NCBI GenBank assembly: GCA_964640845.1 | Contig: CAZXIR010000001.1 | Coordinates: forward strand, 1 to 48,960 | DNA length: 48,960 bases | From: an uncultured Syntrophomonas sp. | GTDB taxonomy: Bacteria; Bacillota; Syntrophomonadia; Syntrophomonadales; Syntrophomonadaceae | Reading direction: 5' to 3' | Shown here: positions 19,499-29,011 of the stretch, piece by piece | How the letters are laid out: every line of letters starts with the position of its first letter | Numbering within the stretch: position 1 is the stretch's first letter | The notes under the pieces: model-generated | The model's input: only the letters and a program-made list of their open reading frames with translations | Told to the model about the DNA's origin: nothing | Databases searched by the model: none | Program-made: the position numbers and the translations under genes

Positions 19499-20692
19499 CT
19501 ACTCCATGAGATTACAGGTATTAAGGGTATCCCAGGCTCTAATAGCAGTATATAGATGAAGGCGGGTTTCAAACAAGGAAAAATCTACATTGAGAAGTTT
19601 TTGAACTTTGAACATCCTATAATAAACGGTATTTACATGAACGTACATCTGGTTGGCGGTAGTTGTCCAGCTACAGGAATTATCCAGTAGAATTCTCAGT
19701 GTATCCATCAAGTCAGTTCCGTACTTTTCGTCATGTTCAATTATCTGGCCCAACACCTGAAGACAGTAATTTTTTACCGTTTCTGTATGATGGGAGAATA
19801 TTATGGAAAATACACCTAGTTGAGAAAAATATTGTATAAAGCGTTTTTGCCCTGTCAAGCGGGGCAGGGCTACAGCTATACAAGCTTCCTGATAACTCTG
19901 CAGCAAACCCGATGGCCGGTAAATTCGGCCTAAACCCTGAGAATAAGTTATGTTGAATTTATTTTCTATAGTTTGTTTGGTTGCAGGCAAGGTTTCCCTT
20001 CCCGGCCAGTCGGGATCTATGTTCATGGGACTGCCTTTAGGATTGGCTTGTAAAATAGTAACCAGTCGGTCCCGGGCTATAATAGAACTGATATATTCGC
20101 AACGATCTCGGTTAAAAGTCTCATAAATATAGGAACGAAGTATTCTCCAATCCAAATGATCCGGAATTTCCTCCATATCCAAGACCGATACAAAATAATA
20201 ATTATTTATGTCCATTTTCTGTTCATATATTTTAAGTTTATCAGGGATGCTCACATCTGCAGACAAGAAGAAGTTTTCATAAAGGCTCTGTCCGAAATCC
20301 TCCTTATTCTTAATCACTTCGTTATTTATATGAAAGTGATACTTCAAAGCTAGCCGACTTTCTTTCAATAGCGCCAGGACAGGAGCTGTGTTTTCCGGGG
20401 ATATGTTTTCAACTATTACATAACCAATGCAGGTGGAGTTATGGTGAAGCCGGTAATAAAGAAAATTATTGCTTAACAAGACATCAGGATGATCGATAAA
20501 TCCATCTGGAATATCCATGAAGAGATCATCAGCATTGTAAGCGACATCTGACTTATCCGGGTAGTGTATTCTGCCGGTAGCATCAGTTATTATTATACCT
20601 TTGCCGACTTTTTTCACCAGGTAGGCGCCGACAAAAGGTAGTCCGGTATCCAGCATACCTTCCATTAAATAATGCGAAATTTTAAAGTCCAT
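19499..20692 (-). CDS. PucR/CdaR-family transcriptional regulator (paralog 2)
   Basis: C-terminal HTH TTANQMYVHVNTVYYRMFKVQKLLNVDF. Likely start at ATG 20692 (MDFKISHYLMEG), preceded by GGTGGTG. The track start at 20716 adds 8 residues. Confidence 0.8.
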   Translation of the reverse strand: MDFKISHYLMEGMLDTGLPFVGAYLVKKVGKGIIITDATGRIHYPDKSDVAYNADDLFMDIPDGFIDHPDVLLSNNFLYYRLHHNSTCIGYVIVENISPENTAPVLALLKESRLALKYHFHINNEVIKNKEDFGQSLYENFFLSADVSIPDKLKIYEQKMDINNYYFVSVLDMEEIPDHLDWRILRSYIYETFNRDRCEYISSIIARDRLVTILQANPKGSPMNIDPDWPGRETLPATKQTIENKFNITYSQGLGRIYRPSGLLQSYQEACIAVALPRLTGQKRFIQYFSQLGVFSIIFSHHTETVKNYCLQVLGQIIEHDEKYGTDLMDTLRILLDNSCSWTTTANQMYVHVNTVYYRMFKVQKLLNVDFSLFETRLHLYTAIRAWDTLNTCNLME

Positions 20693-20872
20693 TGATAAAT
20701 GCACCACCAATATCAAACAATCACGGTTTTACGTCTGTTATAATAGTATGGCTGATAAAAGATCCTGCAATGCTCCCTGTTAGGAGGAGATTCATCGACA
20801 ACATTTACAATAAGTTACTGCTATTACTGCCTCTCCATATACATGATTACAATGTTCCCCGATGTGAGGAAA

Positions 20873-20899
20873 TAGGGAGAGTCAGATAGACGCTCCCTA
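20873..20899 (-). terminator. Possible weak terminator after the Tat flavoprotein gene
   Basis: TAGGGAG (20873-20879) / CTCCCTA (20893-20899): 7-bp stem, 13-nt loop. TTTCCTC follows on the minus strand. Confidence 0.35.
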
Positions 20900-20938
20900 T
20901 AAAACCTAAATTCAAGCAATATTTAATAGAGTATCAGA

Positions 20939-22651
20939 CTAGATCTTTAGAGAAGCAATAGTATCCAATGATCCTCCGGCAGCCAAAACACCAGTCATCC
21001 GGCCAAAAGTAATACAACGGCCATGGCCGATACCCGGACATATGGTGGGATAGTCATTGGCAAAGAATTCACCCTGAGCCGCTCCGGCTACATATAATCC
21101 CTCAATAGGCTTGCCAGCTTCATCTAATACATGCAGGCTCTTATCAGTCCTCAGACCACCGCACATTGTGAGGAGGGTGCTATAAAGTTTGCCAGCGTAA
21201 AAAGGTGCCTTTACTATGGGGTTTAACAGCTCAGCACGCTTGCCATAGTCAACATCATTCTTTTGGACTGCCAATTCATTATAGCGGGCCACAGTAGCCT
21301 TAAAAGCATCAACAGGGACCTCCATTTTTTGAGCCAGTTCTTCGATGGTGTTAGCTACTACTACCTTTCCATCCTTAATATGCGCATCTAAGGTAGTCTT
21401 CTCGACCTCCATATTCCATTCCAGGCCTTTGATCTGCCACATTTGCCCATAGAACAATCCACCGGCGATACCGCTGTCTACCTGCTGTTTGACCTGGTCT
21501 AAACCATCAGCATCGTAAATGGTCCAGGCTATGCCTTCAGGTTCCAGCTCTTTGGTGCAGCTCTTGGACTGGGTATTAACGTCCTCATTTTTGAAGCGTT
21601 CACCCAGAGCATTGACATGAAGGAAACCATAACTTGCAGCTCCTGCTTCCAGATGAATAACGGCTGCGTGCGGCTCATGTCTCTGCATAGCTCCTCCAGC
21701 CCACATAGCCATTATCATGCCTTCGCCGGTATTACATTTATTAGGGAAGTAAATCTGCGCATCAGCCCTGAGTGAAAACGGATCGAATCTTTCTTTCATT
21801 TCGTCATTTGATGCATAATCACCGGTAGCGATAATTACTCCGCCTTTACCATTATACTGGATATAATTAGCTGCTTCACCGGCAACTACACCGGTAACAG
21901 GGCCATCGCCTTCTCTAACTAGTTGAACTGCTGGTGTGCCGTAGTCTATTTGAACGCCCTTTTCTTTAGCAATAGCTTCCAGTTCTCTGACCAGTACTAT
22001 GTTTCCAATTTTATCAGCATTACCTCCAATATACAGGAAGTCAGTATCATCCTCTAAGAAGAAGTGAGTAACCGGGTATTCTGTATAATCAGGTCCTTTG
22101 TAATATCCATCCCACATAGCTGTCTTTAATCCGCGTGGTGTTACCATGTCAATAACCCAGTCCATGCAAGCTCCGCTTTTTTGTCCGAACTGCCAGAGTA
22201 AATCTTCATCGATTCTGCCTTGGGCCCAGGCAATCCATTCTCTGATGATTTGGCGGTAGTTATTATTTATCCCCATTTCCTTTTGTAATTTGCTACCAAA
22301 AGCAGTTATATGGCCACCCCTTGCTGCCCAAGTATCATTCTTTTCAATAATGACAACTTTAGCACCTTGTTCAACAGCTCCTAGACTTGCACATATTCCA
22401 GCCAGTCCAGCACCGATTATAACTACATCTGCATCAACGGTTTTCTTAATCTCCGAGGCAGGTATCGGATCAGGCTTGGTTTCCCAGCTCCACTTGGTAC
22501 CAGCGCCAGCCTGTCCATCGGGAGGGGTTGCCTCATTAGGGCTGCAGCCTACCAGCATGCCGGCTGAAGCTAGCCCTACAGCGCCAATAGCCGTACCCTG
22601 AATAAATTTTCTTCTAGATATGCCCTTTTTGCCATTTTCTTCTAAACTCAT
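20939..22651 (-). CDS. Tat-exported lipoprotein FAD-dependent oxidoreductase (Cgr2/UrdA-like extracytoplasmic flavin reductase candidate)
   Basis: 570 aa. SRRKFIQG twin-arginine motif, hydrophobic h-region, lipobox LVGC. DVVIIGAGLAGICASL FAD motif, GERFKNED, GLYVAGA. AGAGGAG RBS upstream. Confidence 0.9.
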   Translation of the reverse strand: MSLEENGKKGISRRKFIQGTAIGAVGLASAGMLVGCSPNEATPPDGQAGAGTKWSWETKPDPIPASEIKKTVDADVVIIGAGLAGICASLGAVEQGAKVVIIEKNDTWAARGGHITAFGSKLQKEMGINNNYRQIIREWIAWAQGRIDEDLLWQFGQKSGACMDWVIDMVTPRGLKTAMWDGYYKGPDYTEYPVTHFFLEDDTDFLYIGGNADKIGNIVLVRELEAIAKEKGVQIDYGTPAVQLVREGDGPVTGVVAGEAANYIQYNGKGGVIIATGDYASNDEMKERFDPFSLRADAQIYFPNKCNTGEGMIMAMWAGGAMQRHEPHAAVIHLEAGAASYGFLHVNALGERFKNEDVNTQSKSCTKELEPEGIAWTIYDADGLDQVKQQVDSGIAGGLFYGQMWQIKGLEWNMEVEKTTLDAHIKDGKVVVANTIEELAQKMEVPVDAFKATVARYNELAVQKNDVDYGKRAELLNPIVKAPFYAGKLYSTLLTMCGGLRTDKSLHVLDEAGKPIEGLYVAGAAQGEFFANDYPTICPGIGHGRCITFGRMTGVLAAGGSLDTIASLKI

Positions 22652-23119
22652 GGATCCTACTCCTCTCTAATTGGTTTTTTTGCGAAAAAACACGAATCGT
22701 GTCACGAGTCTAACTCAATGGTAACACGCGGGATGAAGATATTCGATTGGGGGCGAATACTAAAATGAAGTTAAAAACTTAGGGTAGGCTCCAAAAGAAA
22801 TGAGCAGGTAGATAGACTATAATTGAGGAGAAATTGGTGAGGTGATCAGTTTGGTATTTCTGTAAATTTCATTCCATTATTATAAATGGCTACGGTCTTT
22901 TTGTACAGGGGGGAAGTTTGATATTGTGTACATCATGTAGCAATAAGCAGCAGATTGATAGTATACGGCGGAGTCTAAAATAGAAGGTGCTTTAAAGAAG
23001 AACTGAGACAAGTGGTTCTGCAATTAAGCGAACAGCTTGACCAGTTAATTGTAAGTTGCTACAAGTGCCAAAGCAATTTACAAAAAACCATAAATATAGC
23101 TAACAAGGGGGTCTTTTAA

Positions 23120-23662
23120 ATGGAAAATAACGCAGAAAATGGCGCCAAAGGATGGAAAGCTTTATTTAGTAAAAAAGTTATACTAGCAGGATTGGGATTA
23201 GCTGTTATTATTGGAGTTGGGGTAGGGGCCTATCTGGTAAAGGCCAGTGAAAATCCAGAATTTTGTAGCAGCTGTCATTTAATGGTGCCCTATTACGATT
23301 CCTATCACGACAGTAACCTTTTAGCCAACCAGCATGCTGAGGCAGAGCTGGATTGTCACGATTGCCATGAGAGCTCGATAGCTATACAAGCCCAAGAAGG
23401 ATGGAAGTTTATCACCGGGAATTATCAAATACCATTAGAGAGACGCGAGTTTTCTAAGGAATTTTGTCTTGAATGTCATGATGATTTTGATACTACCGTG
23501 AAAGCAGCCACCGATTTCGAACATGCCAATCCGCATGATTCTCATAATGGGGAATTGGAATGCAATGTTTGTCACAATATGCACAAACCATCTCAAGTTT
23601 TTTGTGCAGAGTGTCATATATTTGATTGGTTCGACGAAATTGATGAAAGCTGGGCTAATTAA
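23120..23662 (+). CDS. Membrane-anchored pentaheme cytochrome c (NapC/NirT/NrfH-like quinol dehydrogenase candidate)
   Basis: 180 aa. One N-terminal TM helix (VILAGLGLAVIIGVGVGAYLV). Five CxxCH motifs: CSSCH, CHDCH, CLECH, CNVCH, CAECH. Confidence 0.9.
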   Translation: MENNAENGAKGWKALFSKKVILAGLGLAVIIGVGVGAYLVKASENPEFCSSCHLMVPYYDSYHDSNLLANQHAEAELDCHDCHESSIAIQAQEGWKFITGNYQIPLERREFSKEFCLECHDDFDTTVKAATDFEHANPHDSHNGELECNVCHNMHKPSQVFCAECHIFDWFDEIDESWAN

Positions 23663-23901
23663 AAAGAGCGGGATCTGTAGAATCATTAGCATTAGATGCC
23701 TGTACAAATAGAGGGTGTTAATATTGGTGATTTATCCAAAGGAAATTTCTAAGAAACACTGTACAATGTAATTAATCCATGGGAGACATAACATAGAGGA
23801 ATTAGAGGACGGTTCTTTCTGTTTTAGTCATATTCAAGTGGTTATTTTTTAAGAGACAGTCGAACCGTTCATTTATGTCCTGGGGCTGGAGGAGTGATTA
23901 T

Positions 23902-24909
23902 ATGCGCCAGATTTTCCATACCCTGGTTAAGAATATCTCGTCGATGAAAACCGGATTAGTTCTGCTGGCATTGCTGGCAATATTTTCAGCAATAGGAAGC
24001 AGTATATTTCCGGACATGTTTCATCGATTACTACTATTTAATGCTTTAATTATTCTGTTATTTATTAACCTGGGATTATGTACTCTAAACCGCTGGCTTA
24101 AAATAGGAAAGCGGCTGTTGGTTAAGCAGCATAATATTATTAATCATCTTCGGCAGTGGGGACTGCTGGTTTTGCATACCGGATTAATTTTAATTCTGGT
24201 GGGGGGAATGATTAATTCTTTAGCGGGTCAAAGCGGAAATGTTAAGGTGGTTGAAGGAGAACGAGTAGTTATTGCCCATAGCAAAGAGGGAGAAGATATC
24301 AGCCTGTGCTTAGAAGAATTTGAAATAGAACTGTATGAAAATGGCATGCCTTCCCAGTATTTATCAAAAGTACTGATATATAAGGGGGATGACTTGGAAC
24401 AGCAGTCTACTATTAGTGTTAATCATCCTCTGCAGTATGATGGCCTAAAAGTTTACCAGCAGAGTTATGGCATTATGGTGGAGGTTATTGTTGAAGGGGA
24501 TGGGAAGACTGAAACCTACTCGGCATCAGAAGGCCAGATATTAGAAATACCGGGTAGCAGCTATCGGGTTAAGGTTTTTAAGTATGTGCCTGATTTTGAC
24601 CCTTCATACGGCATGGAAAGTAAGACTAATGAGCCTAATAATCCTCGGGTAATATATTCCGTTTATCAGGATGAACAGCTTTTAGGAGTAGGGGCAGCAC
24701 GCTGGGGGGAAAGGATAGAAATATCCGCAACATCTTTTGTGGAGTTTGATGGACCTAAGCCCTACTCGGTTCTGAAAGTAAAGGAAGATCCGGGATTACC
24801 TTATGCGGCAGCCGGGGGAATTCTATTTATGCTGGGGGCAGCCTTGGCCGAGATTAATATTTTTAGAAACAAGTCGGGAAAAAAGGTTAGAAAAACGGTG
24901 GAGGAATAA
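23902..24909 (+). CDS. resB: Cytochrome c biogenesis protein ResB/Ccs1 (system II)
   Basis: N-terminal MKTGLVLLALLAIFSAIGS, typical of ResB. Large extracytoplasmic loop and C-terminal TM segment. ATG 23902 follows GGAGGAG. Immediately upstream of ccsA. Confidence 0.8.
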   Translation: MRQIFHTLVKNISSMKTGLVLLALLAIFSAIGSSIFPDMFHRLLLFNALIILLFINLGLCTLNRWLKIGKRLLVKQHNIINHLRQWGLLVLHTGLILILVGGMINSLAGQSGNVKVVEGERVVIAHSKEGEDISLCLEEFEIELYENGMPSQYLSKVLIYKGDDLEQQSTISVNHPLQYDGLKVYQQSYGIMVEVIVEGDGKTETYSASEGQILEIPGSSYRVKVFKYVPDFDPSYGMESKTNEPNNPRVIYSVYQDEQLLGVGAARWGERIEISATSFVEFDGPKPYSVLKVKEDPGLPYAAAGGILFMLGAALAEINIFRNKSGKKVRKTVEE

Positions 24910-24911
24910 CT

Positions 24912-25697
24912 ATGGCAGTATTGATTAAGACTAGCATCATTCTGGCACTGTTTATGTATTTAATCAGCAGTTGCTTATATTTAACCGGGCTGAAAACTAG
25001 CAGGAATAACCTGCTCATGGTCGCCAGTTCAGCAGCAATTATTGGTGCTGTGGCTAACTTGGTGGCAATCATTGCACGAACTATATTAAGTGGCCGATTA
25101 CCTTTAACTGATGGCTATGAGTTTATATTATGTTTTACGTTTATAAGCGTTCTCTTGTATCTGTGGTATGAAAAGATGAGTAATAGTAAAAGCGGTGGGG
25201 CAGTACTGATGCTTATGGCTTCCTTGTTACTAGGTTCGGTATTTATTCTTATGCCTGATCAGCATGGGGTGTACAGTCCGTTGATGCCGGCCCTTAAAAG
25301 TTCGTGGCTAATCAGTCATGTATTAACAGCGGTATTGGCCTATAGTGCATTTACCTTGGCTGCAGCCCTGGCAGTAGTACAAGTAGCAAAAAAGGATAAC
25401 AGTGATGATATTAATGTTTATCGGGCAGTAGGCGGCGGGTTTGTCATGTTATCCATATCTATAGTATTAGGCGGGGTATGGGCGGAACAAGCCTGGGGAA
25501 CTTACTGGAGCTGGGATCCCAAGGAAACCTGGGCCTTGGTAACCTGGATAATCTATGCTATATACCTGCACATATATCGCAGCCAAGGCTGGAAGGGAAG
25601 CAATGCTAACCTGGTGGTTATAGCAGGATTCATATTGGTTCTCTTTACGTTTTTTGGAGTCAACTATCTATTATCGGGACTGCACAGCTACGGCTAG
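24912..25697 (+). CDS. ccsA: Cytochrome c assembly protein CcsA/ResC (system II heme handling)
   Basis: 261 aa polytopic protein. Tryptophan-rich WWD-type heme-handling motif WGTYWSWDPKETWA. GGAGG RBS. Confidence 0.85.
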   Translation: MAVLIKTSIILALFMYLISSCLYLTGLKTSRNNLLMVASSAAIIGAVANLVAIIARTILSGRLPLTDGYEFILCFTFISVLLYLWYEKMSNSKSGGAVLMLMASLLLGSVFILMPDQHGVYSPLMPALKSSWLISHVLTAVLAYSAFTLAAALAVVQVAKKDNSDDINVYRAVGGGFVMLSISIVLGGVWAEQAWGTYWSWDPKETWALVTWIIYAIYLHIYRSQGWKGSNANLVVIAGFILVLFTFFGVNYLLSGLHSYG

Positions 25698-25843
25698 GAA
25701 TAGGCCGGGGGGACGGTTCCAAAACGAAGAATAAGGTGGGTTTAAGTAGTATATATACTATTTGAAATAGGCGTTGTAGTAGCTGGAATAATTGACAGCA
25801 GAAGAATGCAGACTTTGGCCCGGCTAAAAAAGGAGGATGAATT

Positions 25844-26023
25844 ATGTTTGGACTTATTGGTAACTTTGGTCCTTGGGAAATGGGATTTATTCTGGTTGTT
25901 CTTTTAATAATAGTAGGACCCGGGAAATTACCCAAGGTAGGAGAGTCGATGGGTAAAGCCCTGAGCAATTTCAAGAAAGCCCGAGAAGAAAGCGATGATT
26001 ATTTAGATATATCCGAAAAATAG
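25844..26023 (+). CDS. tatA: Twin-arginine translocase subunit TatA/E (59 aa; absent from the ORF track because it is under 60 aa)
   Basis: My own translation: MFGLIGNFGPWEMGFILVVLLIIVGPGKLPKVGESMGKALSNFKKAREESDDYLDISEK. It has one TM helix, the GPGKLPKVG hinge and an amphipathic helix. AGGAGGA RBS 6 nt upstream. TAG stop at 26021-26023. Confidence 0.85.
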   Translation: MFGLIGNFGPWEMGFILVVLLIIVGPGKLPKVGESMGKALSNFKKAREESDDYLDISEK

Positions 26024-26044
26024 AGACGGTAGGCACGGGAGCTC

Positions 26045-26074
26045 AGCAGGCAGGGGGAGACCTTTCTGCCTGCT
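26045..26074. terminator. Hairpin between convergent tatA and the TRAP large permease gene
   Basis: AGCAGGCAG (26045-26053) / CTGCCTGCT (26066-26074): 9-bp stem. Confidence 0.55.
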
Positions 26075-26078
26075 TCCG

Positions 26079-27389
26079 TTATTTCATGAGGGTATTGGGG
26101 AGAAATGTGGCCAGGGTAGGAAAGGCAATTAACAATACCAAACAGAATACTAAAGCAATAAGAAAAGGCCATATACCTTTGAATATTAATTCTACTGGAA
26201 TCTCTGGCGCTACTCCTTTAATAACGTATACATTCATGCCTACCGGAGGAGTAATTACTCCCATAGCTACTACCATCACCATGATCACGCCAAACCATAT
26301 AGGGTCATAGCCTAGGGTATTTACCACCACTGGGAAGAAAATGGGAATGGTAAGTAGAATAAGGGCCAGGGCATCAATAAAGCAGCCCAGGATAAGATAA
26401 ATAACCAGAATAATGGCCATTACCACCACCGCTGGAAGGGCCAATTCTCCCGCCCAGGAAGCCAGTTCAAAAGGGACCCGGCTGACAGCCATAAATCGGC
26501 CAAACATCATAGCTCCGGCAATCATCAGCATAATCATAGCTGTAGTGCGGGTTGCATCAAAAAGGGATTTTTTAAAACCTTCCAGGCTTAGGTTTTTGCC
26601 CAGCAGTGCAGCCAAGAGTACACCAGCAGCACCTACTGCTCCTGCTTCAGTAGGAGTGAACCATCCTTTAAACAGGCCGCCCATGGATAGGGCAAATACA
26701 AATAGTACCTCAGCCAGGCCGCCGCGCAGGCTCTCCAGCCGCTCCTTCCAATCTGCCCGAGGTCCGGCCGGACCCAGTTCAGGACGGCGCAAGGTCAAAA
26801 TCCAGATGGTAACTATATAACACAGCATCAGCAGAATGCCGGGGATAATACCTGCCATAAACAATTTGCCTATAGACTGTTCCGTAGCCATTCCATAAAC
26901 AATAAAGATAACGCTAGGTGGTATTAAAACTCCCAGCACTCCGCCTGCAGCAATACTTGCTGTGGCCAAAGACATATCATAGTGGTATTTTTTCATTTCC
27001 GGCAGGGCAATAGCGCCCATGGTTGCTGCGGTAGCGGTATTGGAACCACAGATGGCGCCAAATACCCCACAGGCTATCTGAGTGGCTATGGCAAGGCCGC
27101 CCGGCCAGTGCCCAATCAGTTTATAAGCAAACACATACAATCTGGTTCCAATGCCAGAATAGAAAGCAAGAAACCCCATCCAGATGAACATTACAATAAC
27201 ACTTAGAGAATAAGAAGAAAAAGTATTATATATTTCCTTGGCTACCATACTGAAACCTGATGATATAGAAGTCAGGAAACTAAAACCTACAAAGCCCACC
27301 AGGGCCATAGCATAGGCAATTGGCATCCGTAGTATTAAAAGCAGCATAAAAGCAGCTAATCCTATAAGTCCGGCCACAAGCGAATTCAT
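26079..27389 (-). CDS. TRAP transporter large permease (DctM family)
   Basis: 436-aa polytopic protein. Start overlaps the DctQ-like stop. Typical DctM length and glycine-rich helices. Confidence 0.9.
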   Translation of the reverse strand: MNSLVAGLIGLAAFMLLLILRMPIAYAMALVGFVGFSFLTSISSGFSMVAKEIYNTFSSYSLSVIVMFIWMGFLAFYSGIGTRLYVFAYKLIGHWPGGLAIATQIACGVFGAICGSNTATAATMGAIALPEMKKYHYDMSLATASIAAGGVLGVLIPPSVIFIVYGMATEQSIGKLFMAGIIPGILLMLCYIVTIWILTLRRPELGPAGPRADWKERLESLRGGLAEVLFVFALSMGGLFKGWFTPTEAGAVGAAGVLLAALLGKNLSLEGFKKSLFDATRTTAMIMLMIAGAMMFGRFMAVSRVPFELASWAGELALPAVVVMAIILVIYLILGCFIDALALILLTIPIFFPVVVNTLGYDPIWFGVIMVMVVAMGVITPPVGMNVYVIKGVAPEIPVELIFKGIWPFLIALVFCLVLLIAFPTLATFLPNTLMK

Positions 27390-27871
27390 CTAAAAGCCCT
27401 CTTTAGCGATTCCGATAGTCCTACTGACAATACCAGGCTTAAAGCCAAAAGTCCGAAAGATATCAGGTAGACCACCGGATACAATGGTATTTGGGTGGTT
27501 GGAGATACGGTATTGCTTTCTAGCATAGTCCCGGCATATTTAGCCACATACCATGCAGACATTCCCCAAAATGATAGTGCGATAATATTGGTAAGCACAT
27601 CGGCAGCGGCCTGTAGTTTTTGAGAAAGTCGTTCGATGATAAAATCTACCGCTATATGACCATTCTGAGAGGCGCAGTGGGCCAAGGCCAGGCCGATACC
27701 TGCAGCGGTTAGCATAGTTACATATTCGTAAGTTCCCAGTATGGGACGATTAAAAAGCGCGCGCAGTAGGACGTTGCTTACTACCAGGACCATCACTGCT
27801 ACAACGCAAAGTCCTGCTAGATAATCTAGATGTTGACTTATTTTCTTTATCTGTCGAGTTAATTTATTCAT
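27386..27871 (-). CDS. TRAP transporter small permease (DctQ family)
   Basis: 161 aa with four hydrophobic segments, positioned between the DctP-like and DctM-like genes. GAGGAGGTG RBS. Confidence 0.85.
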   Translation of the reverse strand: MNKLTRQIKKISQHLDYLAGLCVVAVMVLVVSNVLLRALFNRPILGTYEYVTMLTAAGIGLALAHCASQNGHIAVDFIIERLSQKLQAAADVLTNIIALSFWGMSAWYVAKYAGTMLESNTVSPTTQIPLYPVVYLISFGLLALSLVLSVGLSESLKRAFR

Positions 27872-27890
27872 AACTGCACCTCCTCATCCC

Positions 27891-28979
27891 TTATTTGTAT
27901 TCCTGGTTATATTTTTCAGCCAGTTCCTTAACCGTATCCAATATCTCCTGTCCTGATTGTCCGCCTGCATCCATTCTGGCTATAAATTCATCTTGAATTG
28001 GCTTAACCAGGGTGATCCACTTATCTGCTTCCTCCTGTGAGAGCGGGATGACCTCCATGCCCTGCTCGTCGATTGCATACTTTAAGGCATCTTCATTCTG
28101 TTTATCCCATAAACCAATAGCTACCGCTTCAAAATACTCTTTATTGACAGCTTCAATAGCCTCTTGAATATCAGGGTCGAGCGAATTCCATTTATCAAGA
28201 TTTATAGTAATAAAAAACAAGGTATTGTATAGGAATGGGGTTTCAGTAATGTAACTGGTTACTTCGGCTTGTTTCCAGCCCTTCAGTACTTCAACCGGGC
28301 CTAGATTTCCCCGAACCACTCCCTTGGTTATAGCTTCATAGGCATCTGATTGGGGCATCGCGGCTGGGATAGCTCCTAGGGCTTGCAGGGTTTTGGCGCT
28401 GAGACCAGTGGCTCTGATTTCCATGCCCTGCAGATCCTCAAGATTGCGAACCGCATCCTTGGTGTACAAGTCGCCCGGGCCAGTAGTGAGTACCATCATA
28501 AGTTTAGTATCCTGAATTTCTGGGGGATTAAGTTCTTTTATACCTTCCCAGGCTACCTTGCTGGCCACCTTGGAATTATTATAGGTTATTCCCGGCAGTT
28601 CAAAGGCTTCCAATACCGGGAAACGACCCCTAGTGTACGAAAAACATGAAAGACCCAGATCGGCACTGCCATCCACTACTCCGGCATAAATGGAGTCAGC
28701 ATTCAACAGGGTTTGGTTGGGGTAACTGGTTATTTTCACCTGGCCATCGGTTGCTTCTTCTATAGCCTTAATCCAGGGTTGTATCAGTTCAGTTTCAGCA
28801 GGGTGAGTACTGGGGAAAAAATGTGCCAGTCTCAGCTCAACTGTCTTGGTTTGGTTCTGTTCCGGGCTACTGGAGTTTGAACACCCCATAGCAGTACCCA
28901 TTATTATAATGAGCAGCAGAGACAAGAGTTTAATACCTATCCGTTTTTTGTGTCCTTTTATACCCAACAAAGCTTGCAT
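27891..28979 (-). CDS. TRAP transporter solute-binding lipoprotein (DctP family)
   Basis: 362 aa. Signal peptide with lipobox AMGC. The RLAHFFPSTHP and YTRGRFP region is typical of DctP-type binding proteins. AAGGAGGAG RBS. Confidence 0.9.
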   Translation of the reverse strand: MQALLGIKGHKKRIGIKLLSLLLIIIMGTAMGCSNSSSPEQNQTKTVELRLAHFFPSTHPAETELIQPWIKAIEEATDGQVKITSYPNQTLLNADSIYAGVVDGSADLGLSCFSYTRGRFPVLEAFELPGITYNNSKVASKVAWEGIKELNPPEIQDTKLMMVLTTGPGDLYTKDAVRNLEDLQGMEIRATGLSAKTLQALGAIPAAMPQSDAYEAITKGVVRGNLGPVEVLKGWKQAEVTSYITETPFLYNTLFFITINLDKWNSLDPDIQEAIEAVNKEYFEAVAIGLWDKQNEDALKYAIDEQGMEVIPLSQEEADKWITLVKPIQDEFIARMDAGGQSGQEILDTVKELAEKYNQEYK

Positions 28980-29011
28980 TTTTCTCCTCCTTGTAATGTT
29001 ATTAAGGCAAG

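Noticed and set aside
23716-23763. A 15-codon ORF after the cytochrome gene (TTG start following AGAGGGTG)
   Set aside because: It is too short to evaluate without conservation or Ribo-seq data. I do not report it as a feature.
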